From positions 16,804,001-16,868,000 of the forward strand of contig NC_087437.1 of the NCBI RefSeq assembly GCF_036321535.1: 64,000 bases of DNA, in the 5' to 3' direction. The stretch comes from Camelus dromedarius. Lineage: Eukaryota. Under the pieces are notes generated by a model. The model saw only the letters and a list, made by a program, of their open reading frames with translations, made no database searches and was not told the origin of the DNA. The translations under genes were made by a program, and so were the position numbers. Below, one piece after another: positions 14,128 to 25,600 of the stretch; the stretch's first letter is position 1; every line of letters starts with the position of its first letter.

Positions 14128-15970
14128 CCATTTGTAAATTTCTGTCTCTTGGAAAAAAAAATGTCTATTCAGCTCCTCTGCCATTTTAAAATTAGGTTGT
14201 TTGGTTTTTTGCTGTTGAGTTATATGAGTTTTTTATATATTTTGGATATTAACCCCTTATCAGATATATAATTTGATATAATTTGCAAATATGTTCTCTT
14301 ATTCAGTAGGTTGCCTTTTTATTTTGTTGATGGTTTTCTTTGCTGTGCAGAAGCTTTTTAGTTTGATATAATCTCACTTGTTTATTTTTTACTTTTTTGG
14401 TTTGCTTTTGGTGCCAGATCAAAAAGAATCATTGCCAGTGTCAAGGAGCTCATTGCCTCAAAGCTAGAAGTTTTACAGTTGCAAGTCTTACATTCAAGTC
14501 TTTAATCCATTTTGAGTTAACTTTTGTATATGGTGTAAGATGGTGGTCCAGTTTTCCCGACATCGTTTATTAAAGAGACTATCCTTTCCCCTACTGTATA
14601 TTCTTAGCTCTTTTGTTAACTATATATGTGGGTTTATTTCTGGGCCCTATTCTGTTCCATTGATCTATGTGTCTATTTTTATGACCACCATACTGTTTTG
14701 ATTACTATAGCTTCGTAGTATATTTTTAAATGAAGTAGTGTGATGCTCCACCTTTGTTCTTCTTGCTCAAGATTGCTTTGGCTATTTGGGATCTTTTGTG
14801 GTTCCATACAAATTTTAGGGTTGTTTGTTCTATTTATGTGAAAAATGCCATTGGAATTTTGATAGGAATTGCATTTAATCTGTAGGTAGCTTTGGGTAGT
14901 ACGGACACTTTAACAATGTTAATTCTTCTAGTCCATGGAAATGGAATATCTTTCAATTTGTGTGTATCTTCAGTTTCATCCACTAGTGTCCTGTGCTTTT
15001 CAGTGCACAGATCTTTCACGTTTTTGTTTAAATTTATTCCAAGATATTTTATTTTATTATTGATGCAATTGTAAACAGGATTCTTCATCTTTCTGCTAGT
15101 TTATTGTTAGTGTATAGAAATGCAATGATTTTTGTATATTGATTTTGTATCCTGCAATTTTACTGAGTTCAATTACTCTAACAGTGTTTTGGTGGAATCT
15201 TTAGGATTTTCTATATATAATATATAATCTGCAAAGAGTGACAGTTTTACTTCTCCATTTCAAATTTGGATGGCTTTTATTTATTTTCCTTGCATAATTG
15301 CTCTGGCTAGGACTTCCAGTACTACATTGACTAAAAACAGCAAGATTAGGTACCTTTTTCTTGTTCCTTATCTTAGAGGAAAAGCTTTCAGCTTTTCACC
15401 ATTGAGTATAATGTTAGCTATGGGCTTGTCATATATGACCCTTATTATGTTGAGGTATGTTCCCTCTGTACCCACTTTGTTGAGAGTTTTTATAATAAAG
15501 AGATGTTGAATTTTGTAAAGTGTTTTTTCTACGTCTATTTAGGTGATTATGTGTTTTCACCTTTCCTTGTGTTAATGTGGTGTATCACATTGATTGATTT
15601 GCAGATGTTGAACCATTCTTGCATTCCTGGAATATTCTTGGTATAATCCTTTTACTGCATTGTTTAATTCAGTTTGCTAATATTTTGTTGAGTATTTTTG
15701 CATATATATTCATCAGGAATATTGATCTGTAATTTTCTTTTCTTGTGGTATCCTTGTCTGGTTTTGTTATCAAGGGTAATGCTGGCCTCATAAAATGAGT
15801 TAAGATGTTCTTTCCTCTTCTGTTTTTTAGGAGAGTTCAAGAAGGGCCATTGTTTATTCTTTTTAGATATTTAGAATTCACTAGTAAATCTGTCTGATCC
15901 TCAACTTTTGTTTGTTGGGAAATTTTTCATAACTGATTCAATCTCCTTATTAGCAATTGGTCTGTTCAGA
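14128..15970 (-). mobile_element. Antisense L1 ORF2 fragment; right arm of the fold-back
   Basis: Minus-frame IKYLGINLNKNVKDL...[21 protein letters not shown]-rich on +. Confidence 0.9.
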
Positions 15971-16149
15971 AGAAGGGAAAATAAAGAGGAGGTCTGCCAT
16001 TTTTTTGTAACAAATTTTGTAAAACTGTGTCTGAGTCTAAAGTATACACATACATAACTTTCATTTGAAAAGAAACATAGACAATAGTAAGTCTAGGTGA
16101 GTAAAGGACCTTTAACAGGCCATTGCTAATGAGTGTCCGTATCTCCTAG

Positions 16150-16325
16150 CATTGAGTATTGGTTCCGCTGCATGGACTTGGATGGGGATGGTGTACTCTC
16201 CATGTATGAGCTGGAATACTTCTACGAGGAGCAGTGTGAACGGATGGAAGCCATGGGCATTGAGCCCTTGCCATTCCATGATTTGCTGTGCCAGATGCTT
16301 GACCTGGTGAAGCCAACCAGCGATG
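16150..16325 (+). CDS. PPP2R3A: PPP2R3A internal coding exon D (176 nt) with second EF-hand
   Basis: ctcctag|C ATT...GAT G|gtaaga; IEYWFRCMDLDGDGVLSMYELEYFYEEQCERMEAMGIEPLPFHDLLCQMLDLVKPTSD; EF-hand loop DLDGDGVLSMYE. Confidence 0.97.
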
Positions 16326-16524
16326 GTAAGATTGAATAAAGAGCTATTTGCACTATTCACCTATGTAAGAGTTGGGGATGTAACCTGGATTTTCCTAAAT
16401 TATTTAACTTCCCAGAGTCTTCCATACAGGCTTTCCAAAAACAGAAGTATTTAAGTTTCTGCTTTACTGTTAGTGTAGAACCAACAGTCAATGGCAAATT
16501 CTGTTTAAGAAATAGGCTTTTTCC

Positions 16525-17062
16525 TGCAACCAACAAGCGACTAATTTCCAGAATATACAGACAGCTCTTACAAATCAATAACATAAAAAACAAGCAGCCC
16601 AATAAAAAAATTGGGCGGAAGACCTAAATAGACATTTCTCCAAAGAAGACATCTATGTGGCCAACAGGCACTTGAAAAGATCCCAGTATTGCTAATTATT
16701 AGGGAAATGCACATCAAAACTACAATGAGGTATCACTTCGCACCAGTCAGAATGGCCATCATTAAAAAGTCTACAAATAATAAATGCTGGAGAGAGTGTA
16801 GAGAAAAAGGAACCCTCCTACATTGTTGATGGGAATTTAAATTGGTGCAGCCACTATGGAGGACAGTATGAAGGTTCCTTAAAAAAATAAATATAGACTT
16901 AACATATGATCCAACAATCCTACTCCTGGGCATATATCTGAAGAAAACTATAATTCAAAAAGACACACGCACCCCAGTGTTCACAGAAGCACTATTTACA
17001 ATAGCCAAGACATGGAAACAACCTATATGCCCATTGACAGATGAATGGATAAAGAAGATGTG

Positions 17063-17107
<45 letters not shown>

Positions 17108-17586
17108 TAATGGAATATTACTCAGCCATAAAGAAGAATGAAATAATGCCATTTGCAGCAACATGAATGAACCTAGAGATTATCATATTAAGTAAAGTAA
17201 GTCAGACAGAGAAAGACAAATATCATATGCTTCCACTTATATGTGGAATCTATAAAAAAGGATATAAATTTTATTTACAAACCAGAAATAGATTCACAGA
17301 CGTAGAAAACAAACTATAGTTATCAGGGTGGGGAATGGGGGGAAGGATAAACTAGGAGTTTGGGATTAACAGATGCACATCACTATATATTAAATAGATA
17401 AACAACAGGGACCTACTGTGTAGCAGAGGGAACTATATTCAATTTCTTGCAATGAGCTATAATGGAAAAGAATCTGAAAAATACATCTATATGTATGCAT
17501 ATGTATAACTGAATTGCTTTGCTGTACACCTGAAACTAACATTGTAAACTAACTACACTTAAATAAAAAAATAAGAATTAAAAAAA
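16525..17586 (+). mobile_element. 5'-truncated L1 (ORF2 end, 3'UTR, A tail) with 18-bp TSD
   Basis: TSD AAGAAATAGGCTTTTTCC (16507-16524) / AAGAAAAAGGCTTTTTCC (17587-17604); typical L1 3' end. Confidence 0.9.
17065..17106 (+). repeat. (GT)21 microsatellite inside L1
   Basis: Perfect dinucleotide run. Confidence 0.97.
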
Positions 17587-17604
17587 AAGAAAAAGGCTTT
17601 TTCC

Positions 17605-17842
17605 AATAGAATCAGAAAGGAAACTAGTGATTGCCAGGGGCTAAGGGTTGGAGAGGGAAGGGGAGATGGAGTGGGACTGCCTGATGGGTACAGTTTCCTT
17701 TTGGGGCGAAGAAAAATGCTATGGGACACGATAGTGGTGATGGTTACACAACACTGTGAATGTACTAAAAGCCAATAAATTAATACCCTTTAAAATGGTT
17801 AAAATGGTGGACTTTATGTTATGTGAATTTTACCTCAAAAAA
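17605..17842 (+). mobile_element. Old L1 3' end (L1MB-like)
   Basis: gattgccaggggct...tggtgatggttacacaacactgtgaatgtactaaaagcc...atgtgaattttacctcaaaaa. Confidence 0.8.
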
Positions 17843-17956
17843 AAGAAATGGGATTTTTATAATAAAATAAGCATATGCATATACTTTTAAACTTGAGTAG
17901 AAGTTTTCCACTTGCCAAAACAGCTCTTGAAATTTACCAGCTTTGTTCTTTCACAG

Positions 17957-18075
17957 GCAGAATAACTCTGCGAGACCTGAAGAGATGCAGGATGGCTCAC
18001 ATCTTCTATGACACTTTCTTTAACCTGGAGAAATACTTAGACCATGAACAGAGAGATCCCTTTGCAGTCCAGAAG
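17957..18075 (+). CDS. PPP2R3A: PPP2R3A internal coding exon E (119 nt)
   Basis: tttcacag|GC AGA...CAG AAG|gtacca; GRITLRDLKRCRMAHIFYDTFFNLEKYLDHEQRDPFAVQK. Confidence 0.96.
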
Positions 18076-19901
18076 GTACCAGTGTAATTTTAACTTCTGT
18101 TTGAGGGCTGCAGCATCGGGGTTCTGTGCAACAGTCATGGTCTCTGTGTGTAGGAGCCTTGGTATTTAAAGAGTTCCATCACACACTGAGAAGAGAGAGA
18201 AAAGGACCTAGAGCACATCTCTTCCCAGAGCGAATCCTCAGGTTTAGGTGACCTGTGTTTGCCTGTCATTCAGTGAACTGTAGGGTCTGTGTACTTCCAT
18301 ATACATCAGAAACTAGTTACAAGAAAAGTTTTGAAATACTTGTCTTTCTGACTTTTAAAATCTAGGTCAATAGGCACATCTGTATTAGAAAGTGTATTGG
18401 TTTTGACTTAACTGCACCATTCTGAGATGACATGGTAAACAGCTTTCCCCATTATAATGAGAACTAGGTGCTCTCCTGGATAGACAACCTTCAGATAATG
18501 TAACACTGTTTCAGGTGTTAATGATCACTGTACATGACTACCAGTTTGAAGTCATTCTACTGCTGAAGAGAGGTGAGCTCCCTTCCTCATCCATGAAAAT
18601 TTGTGGGACTCTCAGAAAACCTGGACATATAATCCATGTCCAAAAAACGAACAAACAAAAAGTGGAATATCACCACTTCTCTGTCTATTCCTCTGTTTAA
18701 AAAGTAAAAACTATGTAGATAGAAAAGAACTGTTGCAGTTGAGTCCTATAGGAGTAAAACTACAGGAAACTTTTTCAGTCTTTTGCCTTCCACGTGTTGC
18801 ATAACTTTGACCTAAATAGTAGTAAGAATACAAAGATCGGCTTCTAATAAGTACTCTGCACCTGACCTTGGAGCATATCAAGGTGCATTATTGCTAGCCT
18901 AAAGTCAGTGTTATATTTCATTGAGTTTAATATATCCCATTATTTTATATACCTTTAAGCAAGGAAAAAAAAACATTGCCAATTTTAAGTCTAAGATACA
19001 TACCAATTTCAGAGATGTTAAAAAGATGGAGTTCTTAAAATAGATTAAATATAGTAATTAACACACTGTGTGGTCAATATTTAGGCACTTGCATTCTTCG
19101 TGTCATAACTAACTTGATGTCCTATGGCAGTGCTGACTCAACTTCGTCATGAAAAAACATCATTTTACCTGGAACATAAAATCCAAGATGCTGCCTATAT
19201 TGTAGAAGGAAAAGAAAATACATATGCCCTTTTGCCCCCTTCAATTTTATTTGTTAAATATTTTAAATTTTTCACCTTTAAATTTTTCTTTTCTTTCTGA
19301 GAGGTGGTAATTATCAATATTTGCTCTGATCTGCAAAGATTATTAGAAAGTGCTCAGCAAATTCCAGGCAGTGTGTGGAAGACACTGGTTATACAGAGAT
19401 GAAAAAGATGGGTACAGAGAGAGATGAAAAAAAGAGCAAAAGGTGGCAACCAAGCATCTACAGTGGAGTGAAGGAAATGACTGGGGGGAGAAGGGCTGTT
19501 CCCAGGAAGAGAACACAGATGACGTGGTATCTGAGCTGGCTTTGAAAGAAGCAGTAAAGGTTTGCCAGAGGAAGGGACAGTACATTTCAGGTATATATGC
19601 AAACCACAAGTCACTCCAGATAGCTGCTGTGCAAAGTGCCAGAGAGAAGGGGCCAGAGAAGTCTCTGATTACAAGGCTGAAGTCTAAACCTAAGCCGTTT
19701 CGCTGTAACCATTCCTTACAATTTTGTGATTCAAAGTGTAGAAAGTGCAGAAAATCACTTTAGCACTTCTTTTAACTTGTTTAAATGAAACATCTTTCAG
19801 GTGGGGTTTCTTCAGTGATGTTAAAACATTTGTGATGACCTATCTCCAATTCTCTGTCTCTGATTATTTTTGTTTCCTGTGACTGACCTATTCCCAATCA
19901 G

Positions 19902-20008
19902 GACGTTGAGAACGACGGTCCTGAGCCCTCCGACTGGGACAGGTTTGCTGCTGAGGAATATGAGACCCTTGTAGCGGAGGAGTCTGCCCAAGCACAGTTC
20001 CAGGAAGG
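19902..20008 (+). CDS. PPP2R3A: PPP2R3A penultimate coding exon F (107 nt)
   Basis: aatcag|GAC GTT...GAA GG|gtgagt; DVENDGPEPSDWDRFAAEEYETLVAEESAQAQFQEG. Confidence 0.96.
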
Positions 20009-20919
20009 GTGAGTCTCCCTGTGTCTTGCACAGCTTTTTTAACAGGGGTAACCTTATAGGGGGTATTAGGACCACCTTAAATAATCAAGCTTGTAATCCT
20101 TTCCTATTTTTGTCATTTTTGAATATCATAAAAATGAGTGACTTGAACCAGCTTTAACTGAATGAATGTTTTCCCCAGCAGTCTTCTCTTCCCTCCTTCA
20201 CTAATTTCCTGAAAAGCCTTCTCATGTCCCATTTCCTTGAATGGAGTTGGACCTTTCATTGGAAACTAAGATCATTGTGCAGTCATTCTACTTTGTTAGG
20301 GATGTTGGGAAACCCTGTAAATACAGGAGGAAGCTCAAAGAACTACTTTCAAATAGTAAAGATGATCATGTTTAAAACAAATCTGTATCATACATGGTAT
20401 TGTCATTCAACCCTGTACAGGAAGTGACTTTTACAGAAGATTTATAATAAGGTAAAATTCCATAAAGGGACCGTGGTAAGAAATTTAACTGCCCATGACT
20501 TTTACTGCCTAGAACATCTCAGTGACTTTCGAATTCGCTGGCTCTTATCATCTTCTAGCAGTTCCTGTAGCAGCTCCTCTAGTTCTTCCTTGGTCACTGT
20601 TTCTCAGGTTCTCAGTCCTTGTTATTAATGTGACGCATTTTCTGAATAGGCAGTATATGCATTTGATTTAATATTCAAATAAATAGTTGGCTTCCTACCA
20701 CTCAGTTCTCCCCAGAAGCAGCCACTGTTACCATTCTCCTGTAAGCCCTTCCAGAGGCACTCTCTCCCTCTCTGCCCCACATCCTCTCTCCTCACACACA
20801 CACATACATGTGAGTATATATCTAAAACCAAGTGCACATATACATTCTTTTAACTTCTTTTTTCTCTTACACATATGGTATCAGACTCATTGTTTGGTTC
20901 CCTGCTTTTTCCACTTTTG

Positions 20920-21215
20920 TAAAGTTTATGTTATACAAGCTGAATAAGTCCTAGAGACGTGCTATACAGTATAGTACCTATGGTTAAAATATGGTATCAT
21001 GCACTTTAAAATATGTTAAAAAGATAGAGCTCATGTTAAGTGTTCCTACAAAAGAAAAAAAAGAACACAAATGTTTGGAGGTAGTGGCTAAGTTTAGTGC
21101 CTTGGTTGTGGAAATGATATTACAGATGCATGCATATGTCTGAATTCATCAAGATGAATTCATTAAATGGGCACAGTTTTTTTGTATCAAACTTCAATAA
21201 AGCTGAAAACCACAA
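20920..21215 (+). mobile_element. L1 3' end (L1MA9/10-like)
   Basis: aataagtcctagagacgtgctatacagtatagtacc...ctcatgttaagtgttc...cttcaataaagctg. Confidence 0.75.
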
Positions 21216-21584
21216 CAACAAAGGTTGGGAGAACAATATGGTGAACCAAATACTTGTTTTTAATAATCACTTAGGTATAAATGAGGCATCACAAATATTT
21301 TGGGGGCCCTGCATGAATGAAAAAAATTAATAAAAGAATAACTGAAAGTTGGAGGGAAAAACAAACCAATAAATTGGAGATTATTCCATTAATATATTCA
21401 ATTAATGTGGTAAGTTTTTATAGCTGCATAATATTCCACTGTATAGTTATACCATTATTTTGCATTCCTCTGTTCATGGACATTATATTTCTAATTTCAC
21501 TATTAGTGAAATACTGAATAATCTTATATATGTGTCATTTTATGCAAATGTGGGATAAATTTCTAGAAGTATAGCAAACAGATA

Positions 21585-21995
21585 GCAAACTTGCAAAGAC
21601 ATAGGAGGACTTTGGAGAAACCAACGAGAAATGATGCAGACACCCAAACTAGCAATGGTGGGGAACCATTTCCCTCCGTAAGCCCAAAAGGACAGGGAGA
21701 TGAAACCATCCCCAGAACACAGAGAGAGTAGCTGTATGGAGAGGGTCACATGACAGGGCTTATGATCTGCAGTTCAGGATTTAGCCAACGTGTGGCAACC
21801 CAGCTGAGAGACAGCTACTAGAACAAATAGCCAGTTTCATTCTCCTTGTATCCTTCAGTATCCTGTATGTGCTCCCCATTGGCTTCCAACCAGAAGACAC
21901 GAGAGCACAATGGTGTGGTCCATTTGGGTCAGCCTCCTGGGGCGCAGAGCTAGGGGAAGAGTAGCTCTAGAGGGATAAACAGAAACACCCAGCTC
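21585..21995 (-). mobile_element. Ancient ERVL-class solo LTR (LTR33/LTR41-like)
   Basis: ccccattggcttccaaccagaag...ggtcagcctcctggggcgcagagc...ctagaggga...cccagc motif order; subfamily name from memory. Confidence 0.55.
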
Positions 21996-22350
21996 AGCAG
22001 ATAATGTCAACTAGTCCTCCTTAGAGACTGTACCATTTTCACCCCTACCATTAAGTCCTAAGTGTCTTTTCTGAGAGTACTGAAGAAGCCACCACCAAAC
22101 CACTTTTTAATCCAGAGATTTCCCTAATATGCTTAGCCACAAAACTGGGATCAAAGACCTGTAGAAAACCCTTAAAATCATTCATCATTCATTGATTATC
22201 TTAAGTCTGACTGCATCAGAAGAAGAAAGGCAAGTGGATTCACAGGTGTGATATATTTAAAGTGTTTGGGCACTGAGTTTCATTAGTAGGAATTGGGGTG
22301 AGGTTACTAACTTTACAAAGCAATATCACTACTGTTAAGAACATTTGTAA

Positions 22351-22496
22351 GGGGGAGGGTATAGCTCAGTGGTAGCACACACGCTTAGCATGCATAAAGT
22401 CTTGGGTTCAATCCCCAGTGCCTCCATTAAAAAACAAACAAACTTAATTCCCTCCCCCTCCAAAAACAAAAACAAATTTTTAGTCTTATTTAAAAA
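22351..22496 (+). mobile_element. tRNA-derived SINE (camelid Vic-1-like)
   Basis: A box TAGCTCAGTGG (22362-22372), B box GGTTCAATCC (22405-22414), A-rich tail; TSD AAGAACATTTGTA (22337-22349) / AAGAACATGTGTA (22497-22509). Confidence 0.88.
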
Positions 22497-22699
22497 AAGA
22501 ACATGTGTAGATGTTATAATAGTGAAAACTGGAGGCAATCTTAGTATCGGATTAGCAAAATTGCCCTACATGTACACAGTGCAATCCCATGTAACCATTA
22601 AAAACCACTTTGTGGATGTATACTTCTTGGCTATCAAAGAAAAAATAGGGATGTAAAAGAAGACTTTGAAAGATCAAGTAAAACTGAATAGAAAAGAAC

Positions 22700-25600
22700 A
22701 AAATAAAGTCTCAGAAAGAAAATTAGGTATATATAAGGAAAACAAAAAGGATCTACCTTATATGTCTTAGACAACAGAGCAAATGAAATAGAAAAAAAAT
22801 ATTCAAAGATAATAGAAGAGCTTTTTTGAAATAAAAGAGGACCTGAATCTGAAAGGTCAGAAGTCACACCATATCCAGGAACTACTGATAATGACTGACC
22901 CCGTAGATGTGTGGTGAATTTAACAGAATTCAAAGATAAATAAAAGTTTACTTTGGAGGCTTTTTCCATGTTTAAAAAATGCAAGTTACCAGACAAGAGG
23001 GGAAAAAAAATCAGCCTTGCCTCAGATACTGCCACAGTAAAAATGAATACTGGAAGATCATGAAACAATAGTTCAACTTTGTCTCAGAGAAAGAAATTCT
23101 ATGCCCCCCAAATTTTATACCAACCCAAGATGACATTCAAACATGAAAACACAAATGGATATTTTCAAACATGTAAGAAGTGGAAAGAATATAGCACTTG
23201 TGATCTCTTCTTTACAAAGGACATAATCATAAAACCAAGAGGTGAACCAAAATAAAGAGCCCAGAAATGGAGCACCTGTGCTGGAAAAGAAATGATAGTA
23301 TTCAATGCCTCTAAATATAAAAGGATAGAGAGCATAACAGAATATTCTGGAAAAAATAATATAACTAAAAGTGGGATGTAGAGGGGGGGAAGAAATACAT
23401 GTATAACAGCCTAGAAATAACAATTTAAAATTGAGAATTCGAAGGGAGGAAAAAAATATATGTGTGAGTTTTATAAACAGGGACTCAACAGCTGTCCTCT
23501 AAAGCTGGTACGCTGAAGGTTTAATTAAAATAAACACTTGAAATACCAAAGCCAGATTCTCAATACTCTAATTCATTTAATCAGAAAACGTGTACACACA
23601 ATAAAGAAAAACACAGACCATACAGCATAAATTAAGATGACAGAATAAGACAAATATTTTTAGATCAGTGAATGTAAATGGAACAAATTCACTTATTAAA
23701 AGGAAAAGGATCCAATTATGGAATGACAACAAAAGTTGAATATAAAAAGACTGAACACTCCCCCCCAAAAAACTGTCCTGATAACATTAATTTTTGAAGC
23801 AAAAACTCTGAAAAGACAAAAGGGAGAAACTGAAACCTATTATTTATAGTCATAGTAAAAATAGTCCCTGAAAATAGATACCTTTGTGGTTTATAGACCA
23901 CGGGTCATTTATAAAATATGCATCAGGCCACAAATAAAACTTCAGTGGACTTCTAAAAAATAACAATAGTACAGACTAGCTTCTCATTTCAAGGAGGTAA
24001 ACAAGGCACCCTGTAGTTTTCTGCCTTCCATACCATAGAAAAATAAGAACAAGCACACCACTTAATAAGAAGAGAAACTTTCAGTGGACTGAAAGAGGGA
24101 AAGCAGCTGGAATCAGATTGAAGAGGGAGCCAGAGCTTAGGTTCTGTGCAGGAGCATGCAGTTTGCCACAGATAAAGGGAGCAGCACTTAGGGTGATCCA
24201 TACCTTAGTTTGACTAAAACCAAGAGCAAGACAGAAACCAAAAGAAGCATCCAGGCATGTCGAACCCTATCCATCCTGTCCTACCCCTAAAGGAAAGACA
24301 AAAGCAGCAAGTATGGGATCTTGGAGCAACATGGGCCATCTGTCCCCTCATTCTCATGGAAAACACGAGCCATCCGATACTGCTCCCTCCCAAGCAGCCA
24401 GTGTACACAGAGGCAAGAGTCTGTTCTCTACTATGTAGTAAAGAGGACAAATATCAAACAGTTGACCAGTAAAATATTCAAAAAATGGAAGAACTTTCAA
24501 CCTTGGAAGGAGACTCAGTACAGCAATCAGAACAAGACATCAAAATGGGTATATTTACTATTTTTAGAGACAGAAGAGAATATTATACTTTTGAAGCAAG
24601 ACTGGCCAGTATTTTGGAAATGAAAAGAAAAAAATTTCAGTGAAGAAACACAATCATTGGGCTGAATAATAAAATGGATACATCTGAAAAGTTTTTGATT
24701 TGGAATATTGATTGTGATACAGGAATAAGAAGTCCTTAAAGAAACCAGTAGAAATGATATCCAGAAAATTCCCAGAATTTTTATTGTTTAAACAAATAAA
24801 AACAAACACAGAAACAGGAATTAGCACATTTTTTTTCTGGCCAGGTAGTAAATATTTCAGACTTTGCAGTTCTCTGTCACAATAACTTAGCTCTGCCATT
24901 GTTGTGTGAACGTAGCCATAGATAATATGTAAGCAAATGAATGTGGCTATGTTCCAATAAAATTTTAATAACAGACACTGAGATACTAACTTCAGATCAT
25001 TTTCACGTGTCATGGAATAGTCTTCTTTTGATTTTTTTCCCCCAAATTTAGAAAGGTAAAACTATTCTTAGCTCATGGGCTGTACCAAAAACAGGTGGTG
25101 AGACAGACGTGGCCCATAGATTGTAGTTTCCCAATCCCTGCACTAGAGTGAAATTTCAGAACATAAGAAACAGAGAACTGAAAAGCTACCAGAGAGGGGA
25201 AAAAAAGAATTACCCATAAAGTAAAAACAAAAAGAAATGGAGCATTTCATTGACATACTGCAAAGAAAATAACTTTGAACCTTGAATTCTGTTCCTATTT
25301 AAGTGTGAAGCAAATAAAGACATTTTCAGGCATTCAGAGATGTAAAATGTTTACCACCCACAGACTGTCTCTAAAAGAAATATTAAAGGATATTCTTCAG
25401 CAAGAAGGTAAACAGATCCTAGAGGATTAGTGGGATGCAAGAAGCAATCATGACCAACAAAATTAATAAAAATTTATTCTTGGAACTAGGTAAGTATTGA
25501 CTATAAATACTATTAACAGGGAGTGTAAAAGACGGTCAAGATAATATGCTATGACTGTATTAGAGTGGAGCGTACACTGATAAACGTACATTTTTCTAAC

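Noticed and set aside
22351..22425. tRNA gene
   Set aside because: It has A and B boxes but also an A-rich tail and a TSD, so it is a SINE
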